From positions 1,532,146 through 1,596,145 of the forward strand of contig OZ244226.1 in NCBI GenBank assembly GCA_965217035.1: DNA of 64,000 bases, given 5' to 3'. Shown here in pieces: positions 34,364-42,676 of the stretch; position 1 is the first letter of the stretch, and each line of letters starts with the position of its first letter. The notes under the pieces are model-generated. The model did not search any database. It was not told the DNA's origin and saw only the letters and a program-made list of their open reading frames with translations. Source of the stretch: Bacteriovoracaceae bacterium (GTDB taxonomy: Bacteria > Bdellovibrionota > Bacteriovoracia > Bacteriovoracales > Bacteriovoracaceae). The position numbers and the translations under genes were made by a program.

Positions 34364-34603
34364 TTAATTATTAATTTTGATTGAACCGTCACCTAGTTTT
34401 GTAACGCAAATGCTAGAATAAGTTCCATGAGTAGATAAAATTAATTTAACTTGTTCTGCAGTTAAGTTTTTTATTTTTTCACCTCCAATCACGATTGAGC
34501 TTTGAGACCCTTTCTCGTAAATAGAAAAGTATCCAATAGGGCCACATGCAGCAAATGCGCTTGAGGATGAAATTGAAAACATTAGAATAAAAATTCTTTT
34601 CAT
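34364..34603 (-). CDS. Small exported hypothetical protein with two Cys
   Basis: MKRIFILMFSISSSSAFA signal peptide; starts 2 nt after the yidC stop and ends just before the terminator. Confidence 0.7.
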   Translation of the reverse strand: MKRIFILMFSISSSSAFAACGPIGYFSIYEKGSQSSIVIGGEKIKNLTAEQVKLILSTHGTYSSICVTKLGDGSIKINN

Positions 34604-34605
34604 TT

Positions 34606-36081
34606 CTAGGCTTTAATTTTTTTTAACACTGCCATTTGAAGCACAATGGCGATCAGCGTTGATATAAAGATATAAAGATTCAAACCACTTGGTAGATCCT
34701 TCATGATAAATCCAAAAACAATGGGCATGATCATCATCACCTTCTGTTGCGCTGGATCCGTTGTGGCCGTTGGGGTCAGTTTTTGCTGCAGGAACATTGA
34801 CGCCGTCATTAATACGGGAAGCACATAATAAGGATCTTTTTGACTCAAGTCATGAATCCAAAAATAAAATGGCGCATCGACCAATTCAACAGCGTTATAA
34901 AGCACTTTATAGAAAGCAAAGAAAATAGGCATTTGCAATAAGAGTGGAAAACAACCACTGAGCGGATTTGCTCCTGCCCTTTTAAAAAGCTCCATGCTTT
35001 CTTTTTGAAGTCTTTGAGGATTATCTTTAAATTTTTTCTGAATCTTTTTAAGTTCAGGCTGGATAACTTGCATCTTCTTCATACTTTTTGTTGATTTGTA
35101 CTGCAACGGAAAAGTAAGAAGTCGAATAATAAATGTGAGAAATATAATCGCTATCCCGTAATTGAGCACAAGATTATAAAAAAATTGAAGACCTCTAAGA
35201 ATCGGAATAGCCAAAAATGAAAAAATACCAAAATCCACTGAGAGGTGGAGGTTGTTTCCAATAGATTTTAAAAGGTCATAGTTTTTCTTAATGAATATAA
35301 GATTAAAATTTTGAGTGTTTTCTTTTAAAGGAACAAATGTTCTAAAGCTATTATTTGTTGTTGAGGTTGTAAGATTTGCAGGAATTTTTTCATCAAAAGA
35401 AACGGCAAAAAGATGATAGAGGTAATCCATCCCAAGCCATCTAATATTCATAGATTCTTTTTCTTCAGATCCAACGCTAATCGTTTCGAGATCAGTGCCT
35501 GAATACACAAAGCTTCTGATTTGGTAGTTATCATTCTCACCAGGTATTGATTTGAATCTTAGTTGTAAATTATTAATCGGAGAAGTTGTTTCCTTGGTTA
35601 CAGCAAAAGCAAGTGTTCCATTATCTTGAATTTTACCTGTAATTGTTAAGCCAAAATTATTATTAACTGCACTAAAGCTATCTTCAGAAGTTTTACTTAG
35701 GTTAAAGACAGATAAAAAAGAACTTTCTTCTTTAACGAGAGAAATGTTTAAAAGTTCTTTCGTTTCAAAGACTTTTTCAGAAGCTGACATACCTTCATAA
35801 GTAGCCTCTGTTATAGTTAAAGAGTCATTTATGGTGTAGCTAAAGGCATTTTTAGAGATGGTGATAGCTGTTGCCCCTATAGGGGCAGCACTGCCTTCTT
35901 TGTCGGTCATTTCAGTGGCTTGAGTTGAGCTAGTCGTTGTTTTAATCTGACTTTGAGTCGATTCAACTATTTGAGTAGTTTCTGTAGTCGGCTTCGGTGG
36001 AGCAAAGAAGAATTGCCAAGCAAACAGAATAACTCCTGAAATAAGGACGGCCGTAATTGCTCTACTTTGATCGTTCTGCAT
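34606..36081 (-). CDS. yidC: Membrane protein insertase YidC
   Basis: N-terminal TM, periplasmic domain, VDFG, NYGIAII.LT.IIR, NPLSGCFPLLLQMPIF, WIHDLSQKDPYYVLP, PSGLNLY. Confidence 0.97.
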   Translation of the reverse strand: MQNDQSRAITAVLISGVILFAWQFFFAPPKPTTETTQIVESTQSQIKTTTSSTQATEMTDKEGSAAPIGATAITISKNAFSYTINDSLTITEATYEGMSASEKVFETKELLNISLVKEESSFLSVFNLSKTSEDSFSAVNNNFGLTITGKIQDNGTLAFAVTKETTSPINNLQLRFKSIPGENDNYQIRSFVYSGTDLETISVGSEEKESMNIRWLGMDYLYHLFAVSFDEKIPANLTTSTTNNSFRTFVPLKENTQNFNLIFIKKNYDLLKSIGNNLHLSVDFGIFSFLAIPILRGLQFFYNLVLNYGIAIIFLTFIIRLLTFPLQYKSTKSMKKMQVIQPELKKIQKKFKDNPQRLQKESMELFKRAGANPLSGCFPLLLQMPIFFAFYKVLYNAVELVDAPFYFWIHDLSQKDPYYVLPVLMTASMFLQQKLTPTATTDPAQQKVMMIMPIVFGFIMKDLPSGLNLYIFISTLIAIVLQMAVLKKIKA

Positions 36082-36508
36082 TCTTGAACTCCTGGCTGAG
36101 AAAATCTTGGAAACTAGTCTTTAAATTATCTAGTGAAACTAGCAGATTTGCCTCTTTTTTAAAACTGTTTGGATTTATGATTACCAGAGAGTCGAACCCT
36201 TTATTTTTAAATTCTGATTGACGAAAAATTTCTCTCAGGCTTCTTTTGATTTTGTTTCGGATAACAGCATTTCCAACTTTTCTAGAAACACTAAAAGCAA
36301 TTCGTGATTTTAATAAGTTATTTCTTTTATAGAAAATTCGAATGTGTTGATCTTGATAACGAGTAGAACCAACTCTGAGGTTAGCGAAATCTTTTTTCAA
36401 ACTTAAGCGATGATCTTCTTTAGGTAGTTTAAAGTTAAGAGAACTATTTCTGTCCTGTCGTAACAGTAAGTCTTTTTCTACCTTTAGCTCTTCTGCTTTT
36501 GATAACAT
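36062..36508 (-). CDS. rnpA: Ribonuclease P protein component (start uncertain, inside rpmH)
   Basis: F.LPK..RL....DF and [27 protein letters not shown] (RNR-type motif). Confidence 0.92.
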   Translation of the reverse strand: MLSKAEELKVEKDLLLRQDRNSSLNFKLPKEDHRLSLKKDFANLRVGSTRYQDQHIRIFYKRNNLLKSRIAFSVSRKVGNAVIRNKIKRSLREIFRQSEFKNKGFDSLVIINPNSFKKEANLLVSLDNLKTSFQDFLSQEFKNAERSK

Positions 36509-36596
36509 TTCTTCCGTTTGGCGTAGACATGCGCTTAAGAAATCCGTGAGTTCTTAATCTCTTTGTTCTTTTTGGTTGCCATGTTCTCTTGCTCAT
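36444..36596 (-). CDS. rpmH: 50S ribosomal protein L34
   Basis: Not in the ORF track; hand translation gives [58 protein letters not shown] upstream. Confidence 0.97.
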   Translation of the reverse strand: MSKRTWQPKRTKRLRTHGFLKRMSTPNGRNVIKSRRAKGRKRLTVTTGQK

Positions 36597-36685
36597 TACC
36601 TTGTACTCCGAATTTTTACTTGAAGCGAAAAGTTAGCAAATTTAAGTTTTCGAGTCAAATCAATGTTGATAGTTTGAAAAACCAC

Positions 36686-36694
36686 TTTTCCACA
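36686..36694 (+). promoter_or_regulatory. DnaA box in the rpmH/dnaA divergent promoter region (likely autoregulation)
   Basis: TTTTCCACA, 28 nt upstream of the probable dnaA ATG. Confidence 0.65.
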
Positions 36695-36722
36695 TTAATT
36701 TTTGTTAAAAAATGGAGTAAAT

Positions 36723-38303
36723 ATGGATCGGAATTTTCCCTTGGATAACTTCTTTTCACCTAAACAGTTCCAAGCAGAAAAATTCAATGATTCCAAAGAT
36801 TTAAGCGCTGATAACTCAATTGGTCAAAAAATAAATAGCTCAAGTTTTAGCGCTGAAGAGCTGGCGGCCATCACGAATGAAGTGTTAGCAATTTTAAGAC
36901 CTCAGTTGGGGCAAGAAAAGTTTAGTGCTTATTTCGAAGGTGCTTTTCAGGCTAAATCAATGACGCAGAATGAAGTCGAGTTCATTGTTCCATCACAATT
37001 CACCAAAAAAATGATTACTGAATATTACATTGGGGATATTTCGAGAGCGATTCAGAGCATTCTTGGAAAAGAATATAATATTGTCTTGTCTGCTGTCTCT
37101 TCTCCTATAGCATTCAATGCACCGAAGGTCGATGTAAGACCAGTTAATAATACCTACAATATCAATAAGGCTTCTTCAGTTAAGGAGATGACCTTTTCTA
37201 TAAATGAATTCAAGCCATTAAGTGAAGACCTTGAGGCAAAAGTAGAAGGTACTGTTTTCGATAAGCTTGAGTCCAGCTCTCCTTTTGGTAAATCAATTGA
37301 TACAAAAAAGAATTTTGAAAATTTTGTTGTCGGACCTTCTAATAACTTGGCTCACGCTTCAGCTGTTGCAGTTACAAAAAACCCGGGAAAAGTTTACTCT
37401 TCACTTTATATTCATGGTAATTCTGGCCTAGGGAAGACTCATCTTCTTCATGCTGTTGCTAATAAAATTAGTGAAGATTATCCAAGTCTTAAGATTTATA
37501 TAACAACTGCAAATGAATTTATGTCTGAAATGATTGCAGCAATGAAAGAACAAGATATTCAATCGTTTCGAAAAAAATACTCTGAAATGATTGATGTTCT
37601 TATGATTGATGATATTCATGAGCTTAAAAATAGAACAGGAACTCAGAATGAGTTTTTCCATGTTTTTAATGAGCTTCAGAGAAAGAATAAGCAATTGATT
37701 TTTACTTCTGATAAGGATCCAAAAGATATTACGGGAATTGAAGATAGAATTAAGACCAGATTAAGTTCTGCTTTAGTCGTGGAAATTCAGCAGCCAGATC
37801 TCGAAACAAGAATTGCGATTCTTAAAAAGAAAGCGATTGAAGAAGATATTTACCTTCCTGATGATGTTGTTAACCTGATTGCAAGTTGTATTAAAAGCAA
37901 TATTAGAGAACTAGAAGGATCTTTAATTAAACTTGGTGCTTATTCTTCGGTTTTTAATGTTGATATCGATTTGGAGACAGCCAAAGAACAGCTTAAGCTC
38001 AATGAGGAAGATGAAAAGAAGACTGTTAATGTAGAAACTATTGCTAAAACAGTTTCTAATTTTTATAAAATTCCAGTTCCTGATATTCGATCAAAGGCGA
38101 GAAACAAAGACATCACTCTTGCTCGCCATGTTGCTATGTATTTTGGTTATTATATCGCAAAGGCAACTCTGGTTGATATTGGTGAATACTTTGGAAAAAG
38201 AGATCATACATCCGTTATGCATGGTGTGAATAAAATTAAAACAATGCAGAACAAAGATGAATCGTTTGCTCAGGCGATGTATGAGATTGAATCTTTATTA
38301 TAA
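36723..38303 (+). CDS. dnaA: Chromosomal replication initiator DnaA (start reassigned to MDRNF)
   Basis: GGAG RBS before ATG 36723; FENFVVGPSN, GNSGLGKTHL, LMIDDI, TQNEFFHVFN, NIRELEG, RDHTSVMH. Confidence 0.98.
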   Translation: MDRNFPLDNFFSPKQFQAEKFNDSKDLSADNSIGQKINSSSFSAEELAAITNEVLAILRPQLGQEKFSAYFEGAFQAKSMTQNEVEFIVPSQFTKKMITEYYIGDISRAIQSILGKEYNIVLSAVSSPIAFNAPKVDVRPVNNTYNINKASSVKEMTFSINEFKPLSEDLEAKVEGTVFDKLESSSPFGKSIDTKKNFENFVVGPSNNLAHASAVAVTKNPGKVYSSLYIHGNSGLGKTHLLHAVANKISEDYPSLKIYITTANEFMSEMIAAMKEQDIQSFRKKYSEMIDVLMIDDIHELKNRTGTQNEFFHVFNELQRKNKQLIFTSDKDPKDITGIEDRIKTRLSSALVVEIQQPDLETRIAILKKKAIEEDIYLPDDVVNLIASCIKSNIRELEGSLIKLGAYSSVFNVDIDLETAKEQLKLNEEDEKKTVNVETIAKTVSNFYKIPVPDIRSKARNKDITLARHVAMYFGYYIAKATLVDIGEYFGKRDHTSVMHGVNKIKTMQNKDESFAQAMYEIESLL

Positions 38304-38472
38304 AATTTAATTGAAATTTATTGAGAAAAAAGAGTTGGTTCTCCCTTTTTTTTATGACGCATTAGTATTGTTCCAAGGCGAGACAGGAAGTCAGCATATT
38401 TATCAATGGAATTGTTTCAAAATATATTCGTTTTTGATATCTTTCTGAAGATTTTGAAACAGGGAGGAAAAT

Positions 38473-39492
38473 TTGAAATTTATAATCTTTATTTTGCTTT
38501 GTAGCTCTACTGTCTTTTCTCAAGAAAGGCGCTCATCAAAAAGACTTGAAAAACTTCTTCGGAAAAAAATCAAAATGGCTAAGGTTTTACCTAGGGCTAT
38601 TGGGGGGAAAGAGGCTAATCTCAAGGATTATCCCTGGAGTATATCGATTTCAGCTTTTAATAAAAAAGAAAAAAAACATTATCACACTTGTGGCGGAAGC
38701 ATCATTGCAAGAAGATTTGTTTTAACAGCTGCTCACTGTGTTGATCATGGAGTAATAGACAATGAGAGATGGAAAATTGAGATCTTGGGTGGTGGAGACG
38801 GAAATCGAAAAAATCTTAAAGTCATTTCTGATATCAAAGAATACTTGATTCATCCTAGCTGGAATAAAGATATATTTGAGGGCCAGGACATAGCGCTTAT
38901 TAGATTAAAAAAACCTATAAAGTTTTCTTCAAGTATAAAACCAATTTTTTTACCTAATTATAAAAAGCCGCTTAAAAAAATGATAAACGGTGAAACTCGT
39001 ACTTCTTACGCGGGTTGGGGAAATATAAATCCAGTTATAGATGAAGATCCGATTATTCCAGAGCAGTTACAGATTTTTGATGAGCTTTATCCGCTTCCTT
39101 TGAAGGGTAGTGTTTTTTGGACGAGAAGAATAAATCTTGAATATTATTTTGCGATTCATTTAACTAATTGGGGGTGGAGAATTTTCAGTGCTGGAGATTT
39201 TATTGCTTTTCATAATATAAGAAAAGTAACGGGGTTTGGAGCTGGTGATAGTGGTTCTGGAATGTTTGTCTATTCTAAGAAGTGGACAGACTTATTAAGT
39301 AATAAATCAACTTCTTATGTGTGGAGAGGTTTCAAGAAAAGACCATATCTTTTGGCAATGGTTAGCGCCGGTGCGGGCCATTATGATCCGGACACCAAGG
39401 TTTTAACTGAGGGATCACAAATGGGTACAAATGTTCATGCACTCACACCTTGGATTTTGAAAACGATATTTAAAACGAAAAAAAGAAATTAA
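38473..39492 (+). CDS. Exported S1 (trypsin-like fold) serine protease
   Basis: TTG start with GGAGG RBS, signal peptide, AIGG, CGGSII, LTAAHC (His), DIALIRL (Asp), GDSGSG (Ser). Confidence 0.9.
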   Translation: MKFIIFILLCSSTVFSQERRSSKRLEKLLRKKIKMAKVLPRAIGGKEANLKDYPWSISISAFNKKEKKHYHTCGGSIIARRFVLTAAHCVDHGVIDNERWKIEILGGGDGNRKNLKVISDIKEYLIHPSWNKDIFEGQDIALIRLKKPIKFSSSIKPIFLPNYKKPLKKMINGETRTSYAGWGNINPVIDEDPIIPEQLQIFDELYPLPLKGSVFWTRRINLEYYFAIHLTNWGWRIFSAGDFIAFHNIRKVTGFGAGDSGSGMFVYSKKWTDLLSNKSTSYVWRGFKKRPYLLAMVSAGAGHYDPDTKVLTEGSQMGTNVHALTPWILKTIFKTKKRN

Positions 39493-39499
39493 GGATAGG

Positions 39500-39527
39500 A
39501 AAAAGGGAGCCCTGGGCTCCCTTTTTT
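39500..39527. terminator. Bidirectional terminator
   Basis: AAAAAGGGAGCCC-T-GGGCTCCCTTTTTT between convergent genes. Confidence 0.9.
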
Positions 39528-39531
39528 ATTG

Positions 39532-41091
39532 CTAAAATTCTTCTTCTTTGATTTCTTGAATTATTGGACAGGGAGTATCTAGTTCATAGACGTATATTTC
39601 AAAAGCTTTATTCTCTTGATCGAACCAGAGTGAAGCTTCACTACATGACCCAGCTTTACCAGTTGAAACCTCTTTACCTTCGCTGTCTAGAAAAACTTGG
39701 CCACCATAAACAATTCCTGATCTAACATAAGCTCCTTGTCCTTCAGCGTAAGAGAAAGTAAGGGATCCATTTTTTGCAAAAACAAGTTTTTGTTTTCCGT
39801 AATTAACTTCAAGATCTTCAGTAATGCAATCAACCTGCATAGATCTATCATATTGCATACTTCCAGAATCACCTTGTGAGCCAGATTCTGAAAAATATAA
39901 ACCACATCGAGTGCCGAAAGATTGTGATCCTCCTTCACGACTCTTTTCATAAGTAGAATCAGCTACGTTAATTGAAATTGGATTTTCATCATGAATTGAT
40001 GGAATTTTGAGTTCAGTTTCTTTGTTAAATGAAATACTTGAAATTTTATTTTCATACGTGCTTACTTCACTAGCTTCTATTTGCAAATAAACGTATTCAC
40101 GTTGATTTCTATTTATAATCGCAGGAATGCTTACGTGTAAATCTCTGTAGGCAGTAAAGTTGAAAGATTTATCATCATGGTCATTTTTGTATAAAATTTG
40201 ATCACCGCTTATATGTGATGTTAAGGCTTGATGATGATCACTTGAGAAATCTTTAGAGAAATTTCCTTGGAAGTTCACTTCGGCAATAATTCCCATATCT
40301 AATAACATTGCTCCAAAAAGTTCAGTTGATAAATCTCCAAAATCTTGGCTAGAAGCAAGTGCAGTAAGGTTTCGAGCTGGAAAAGTCGTTTCATCAGCCT
40401 TTTTAGAACCAGAACCATTGATTTGAGAAAGAATAAATTCATGTGCTAATAAGCCAGCCTTGTGAGAATTATTCATTCTAGAAAAGTAATAATCATCAAT
40501 CATTAAAAAAGGACTTCCAATGACAAAATCTTTTTCTTGTTTAGCCAGTTGTACCATGTGGCAGTTTTTGTCTGTAAAGTTAATATCAGGCTTAAGATCT
40601 TTAAGGTTTTTAATACTGACCTTAGGATTTTTAGTAACTCCTTCATTTAAAAAAGAGATAATTTTAGTATTGAGACCAGGAAACTTCTTTCCAGCATAAT
40701 ACTTTAAAAAAGCTTCAGAGCCTTCTTTCCATTCTTTTTTAAGATTTTTACCTTCCATTTTTTCGAGAATTCTATCAATGATAAGTTGAAACTTTTTTTC
40801 AACAGAAAGACTTTCCTCTCCCAGATCTAATGTTAACCCATTTCTGTATTCCGCTTCGATATAGTCCCAAAGATAAACATTCTCAAGTTCGCCTTTCGAA
40901 TTATAACAGGCAACGCCGTCCCCACCGCTTCCTGTTCGAACACCTTGGACTGTTGTTGTTTGAGGTGTTGGTGATGGGTTTGTGCTACCACCAGGAACCT
41001 GAATAGTTTTTACAGTTTTACTGTTACAGGCAACAAGGCTAGAGGTTAACAGGGCTAAAATAATCGCTTTTCTAAGTTTTGCAGTTTTCAT
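39532..41091 (-). CDS. Lipoprotein with GSGGDGVAC and LLAHE motifs, function unknown (start reassigned to MKTAKL)
   Basis: AAGGAG RBS before ATG 41091, LVAC lipobox, P/T-rich linker, helical N-domain with KAGLLAHEF, beta-rich C-terminal part. Confidence 0.8.
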   Translation of the reverse strand: MKTAKLRKAIILALLTSSLVACNSKTVKTIQVPGGSTNPSPTPQTTTVQGVRTGSGGDGVACYNSKGELENVYLWDYIEAEYRNGLTLDLGEESLSVEKKFQLIIDRILEKMEGKNLKKEWKEGSEAFLKYYAGKKFPGLNTKIISFLNEGVTKNPKVSIKNLKDLKPDINFTDKNCHMVQLAKQEKDFVIGSPFLMIDDYYFSRMNNSHKAGLLAHEFILSQINGSGSKKADETTFPARNLTALASSQDFGDLSTELFGAMLLDMGIIAEVNFQGNFSKDFSSDHHQALTSHISGDQILYKNDHDDKSFNFTAYRDLHVSIPAIINRNQREYVYLQIEASEVSTYENKISSISFNKETELKIPSIHDENPISINVADSTYEKSREGGSQSFGTRCGLYFSESGSQGDSGSMQYDRSMQVDCITEDLEVNYGKQKLVFAKNGSLTFSYAEGQGAYVRSGIVYGGQVFLDSEGKEVSTGKAGSCSEASLWFDQENKAFEIYVYELDTPCPIIQEIKEEEF

Positions 41092-41210
41092 GTTGTTCTC
41101 CTTTATTTTACTCAAATAATTAATATTGATTGCTGCGAGTGAAAATTTAACAAAAAGTGTCAACTAAGTGGTATTAACTAATTATTCATTTCTTCCGATA
41201 TGTTTCCTGT

Positions 41211-42038
41211 ATGGAAAAAGTTAGTATTTACAGCTACTTAGATTACAGAAAATATGTCCTTGATAAGATAAAAGAAGTAGAAAGTTCAGGCGGAAAGCTT
41301 TCTAGAAATCAGGTGGCAAAGCAAATCCGGGTTCAGCCACCCTATTTATCAAAAGTTCTCTCGGGAAGAGCTCAGTTCAATGAGGACCAATTATATCTTC
41401 TCGCACGCTTTTTTAGGCTATCAAACAAGGAGCAAGCCTATCTTCAAAAGCTATCTCAACATGAAAAGGCAGGCTTGAAAGAAAGAAAAAAAGAGCTCAA
41501 AAAAGAAATTCAAAGAATTCAAAAGCTTAAACTTTCTACAGAAGAACATATTGATACAGAAGAACTTGATCGTTCTAAAGATGAAGCCAGAAGATCTTAT
41601 TATCTAGACCCGAGACATTTACTGGTCCATGTTTCTTTGGCCCTTGATAAATATTCAACTTTACCAGAGCGACTTATTGAGGATTTAAAAATCTCTGAAA
41701 AAAAACTTGATGAAATTATTGAAAATCTCAAAACATTACAGTTGGTTCGAAATATTGGACCTAAGCTTGTACTTACAAAAAATAATGTCCATCTTAAACA
41801 AGGTTCTGATTTATATATTCCTCATCAAAATCTCATGCGACAATTGTCAGCAAAAAGAATGATGAACCCAGGTGATGAAGACTACTCTCTGGCAATTAGT
41901 TTTTCTTGTACGAAGGAAGATAAGGAAAAAATTAAAAGCCTGTTCTTGGGGTTTTTAAAAGCTTTTGATGATATTTTAAGAGATGCTAAGGATGAAGAGG
42001 TTTATCAATTGAATTTTGATTTGTTCCAGTGGTTATAA
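41211..42038 (+). CDS. TIGR02147/DUF4423-type protein with XRE-like HTH
   Basis: IYSYLDYRKY start, SRNQVAKQIRVQPPYLSKVLSGR HTH, HQ motif, C-terminal VYQLNFDLF. Confidence 0.82.
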   Translation: MEKVSIYSYLDYRKYVLDKIKEVESSGGKLSRNQVAKQIRVQPPYLSKVLSGRAQFNEDQLYLLARFFRLSNKEQAYLQKLSQHEKAGLKERKKELKKEIQRIQKLKLSTEEHIDTEELDRSKDEARRSYYLDPRHLLVHVSLALDKYSTLPERLIEDLKISEKKLDEIIENLKTLQLVRNIGPKLVLTKNNVHLKQGSDLYIPHQNLMRQLSAKRMMNPGDEDYSLAISFSCTKEDKEKIKSLFLGFLKAFDDILRDAKDEEVYQLNFDLFQWL

Positions 42039-42062
42039 AAAGGGGAGCCAAACGACTCCCCT
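42037..42062 (-). terminator. Terminator between convergent genes
   Basis: Minus strand AGGGGAGTC-GTTT-GGCTCCCCT-TTTT. Confidence 0.75.
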
Positions 42063-42092
42063 GTATATTTTCAATTTATTAAGATAATTATC

Positions 42093-42551
42093 TTACTCAG
42101 TTTTTTGCCCACTCCAAGTTCCTGAAGGTATGCCACTATCAAACCAGATTCCAGAGAATGAGTTACAATCGCTTTCAAAATCAACTTCAAGAGTACCTGA
42201 TCCAAATCGATCAAACCAAACGGCATTGAGAGCAGTCCCTTGAAGGTTTACTTGCTCGAGATGACCTAAATCAATTTGCATTCTTTTAGCATATTCTTTT
42301 ATAGATCGAGGAGACATTGAAGATTTTGATGAAAGATCAGAAATCATTTGTCTTGCTTGCTCTTGTTGGCTGATCATGTAGTAAACTCCAGCGAGTTCAC
42401 CTGTTTCTCTATTTGTATAGAAAGCTGTTTCTGCTCTGTCACCACCGCCCTGGATAAAGCCATCATAAACTGCAATTATATCGCTAACAGAACAATTAGC
42501 GAATAAACTAGAACTAAGAACCATTGTAAACAAAACGATTAAATTTCTCAT
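42093..42551 (-). CDS. Exported hypothetical protein
   Basis: GGGAG RBS, signal peptide ending SLFA, small beta-rich C-terminus (FSGIW..GTWSG). Confidence 0.75.
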   Translation of the reverse strand: MRNLIVLFTMVLSSSLFANCSVSDIIAVYDGFIQGGGDRAETAFYTNRETGELAGVYYMISQQEQARQMISDLSSKSSMSPRSIKEYAKRMQIDLGHLEQVNLQGTALNAVWFDRFGSGTLEVDFESDCNSFSGIWFDSGIPSGTWSGQKTE

Positions 42552-42676
42552 AAAATCTCCCTTTAAGATTATTTAATTTCGGAGATCTAATATCATAGAA
42601 AAAATTTTATTTACAGGACTAAGAGCGTTATTCTGACACATTTTTATTGTCTACTAAAGAGAATCTTAGTGTTTCA

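Noticed and set aside
38320..38355. Terminator after dnaA
   Set aside because: A T tract is present, but the stem is too short and mismatched to call.
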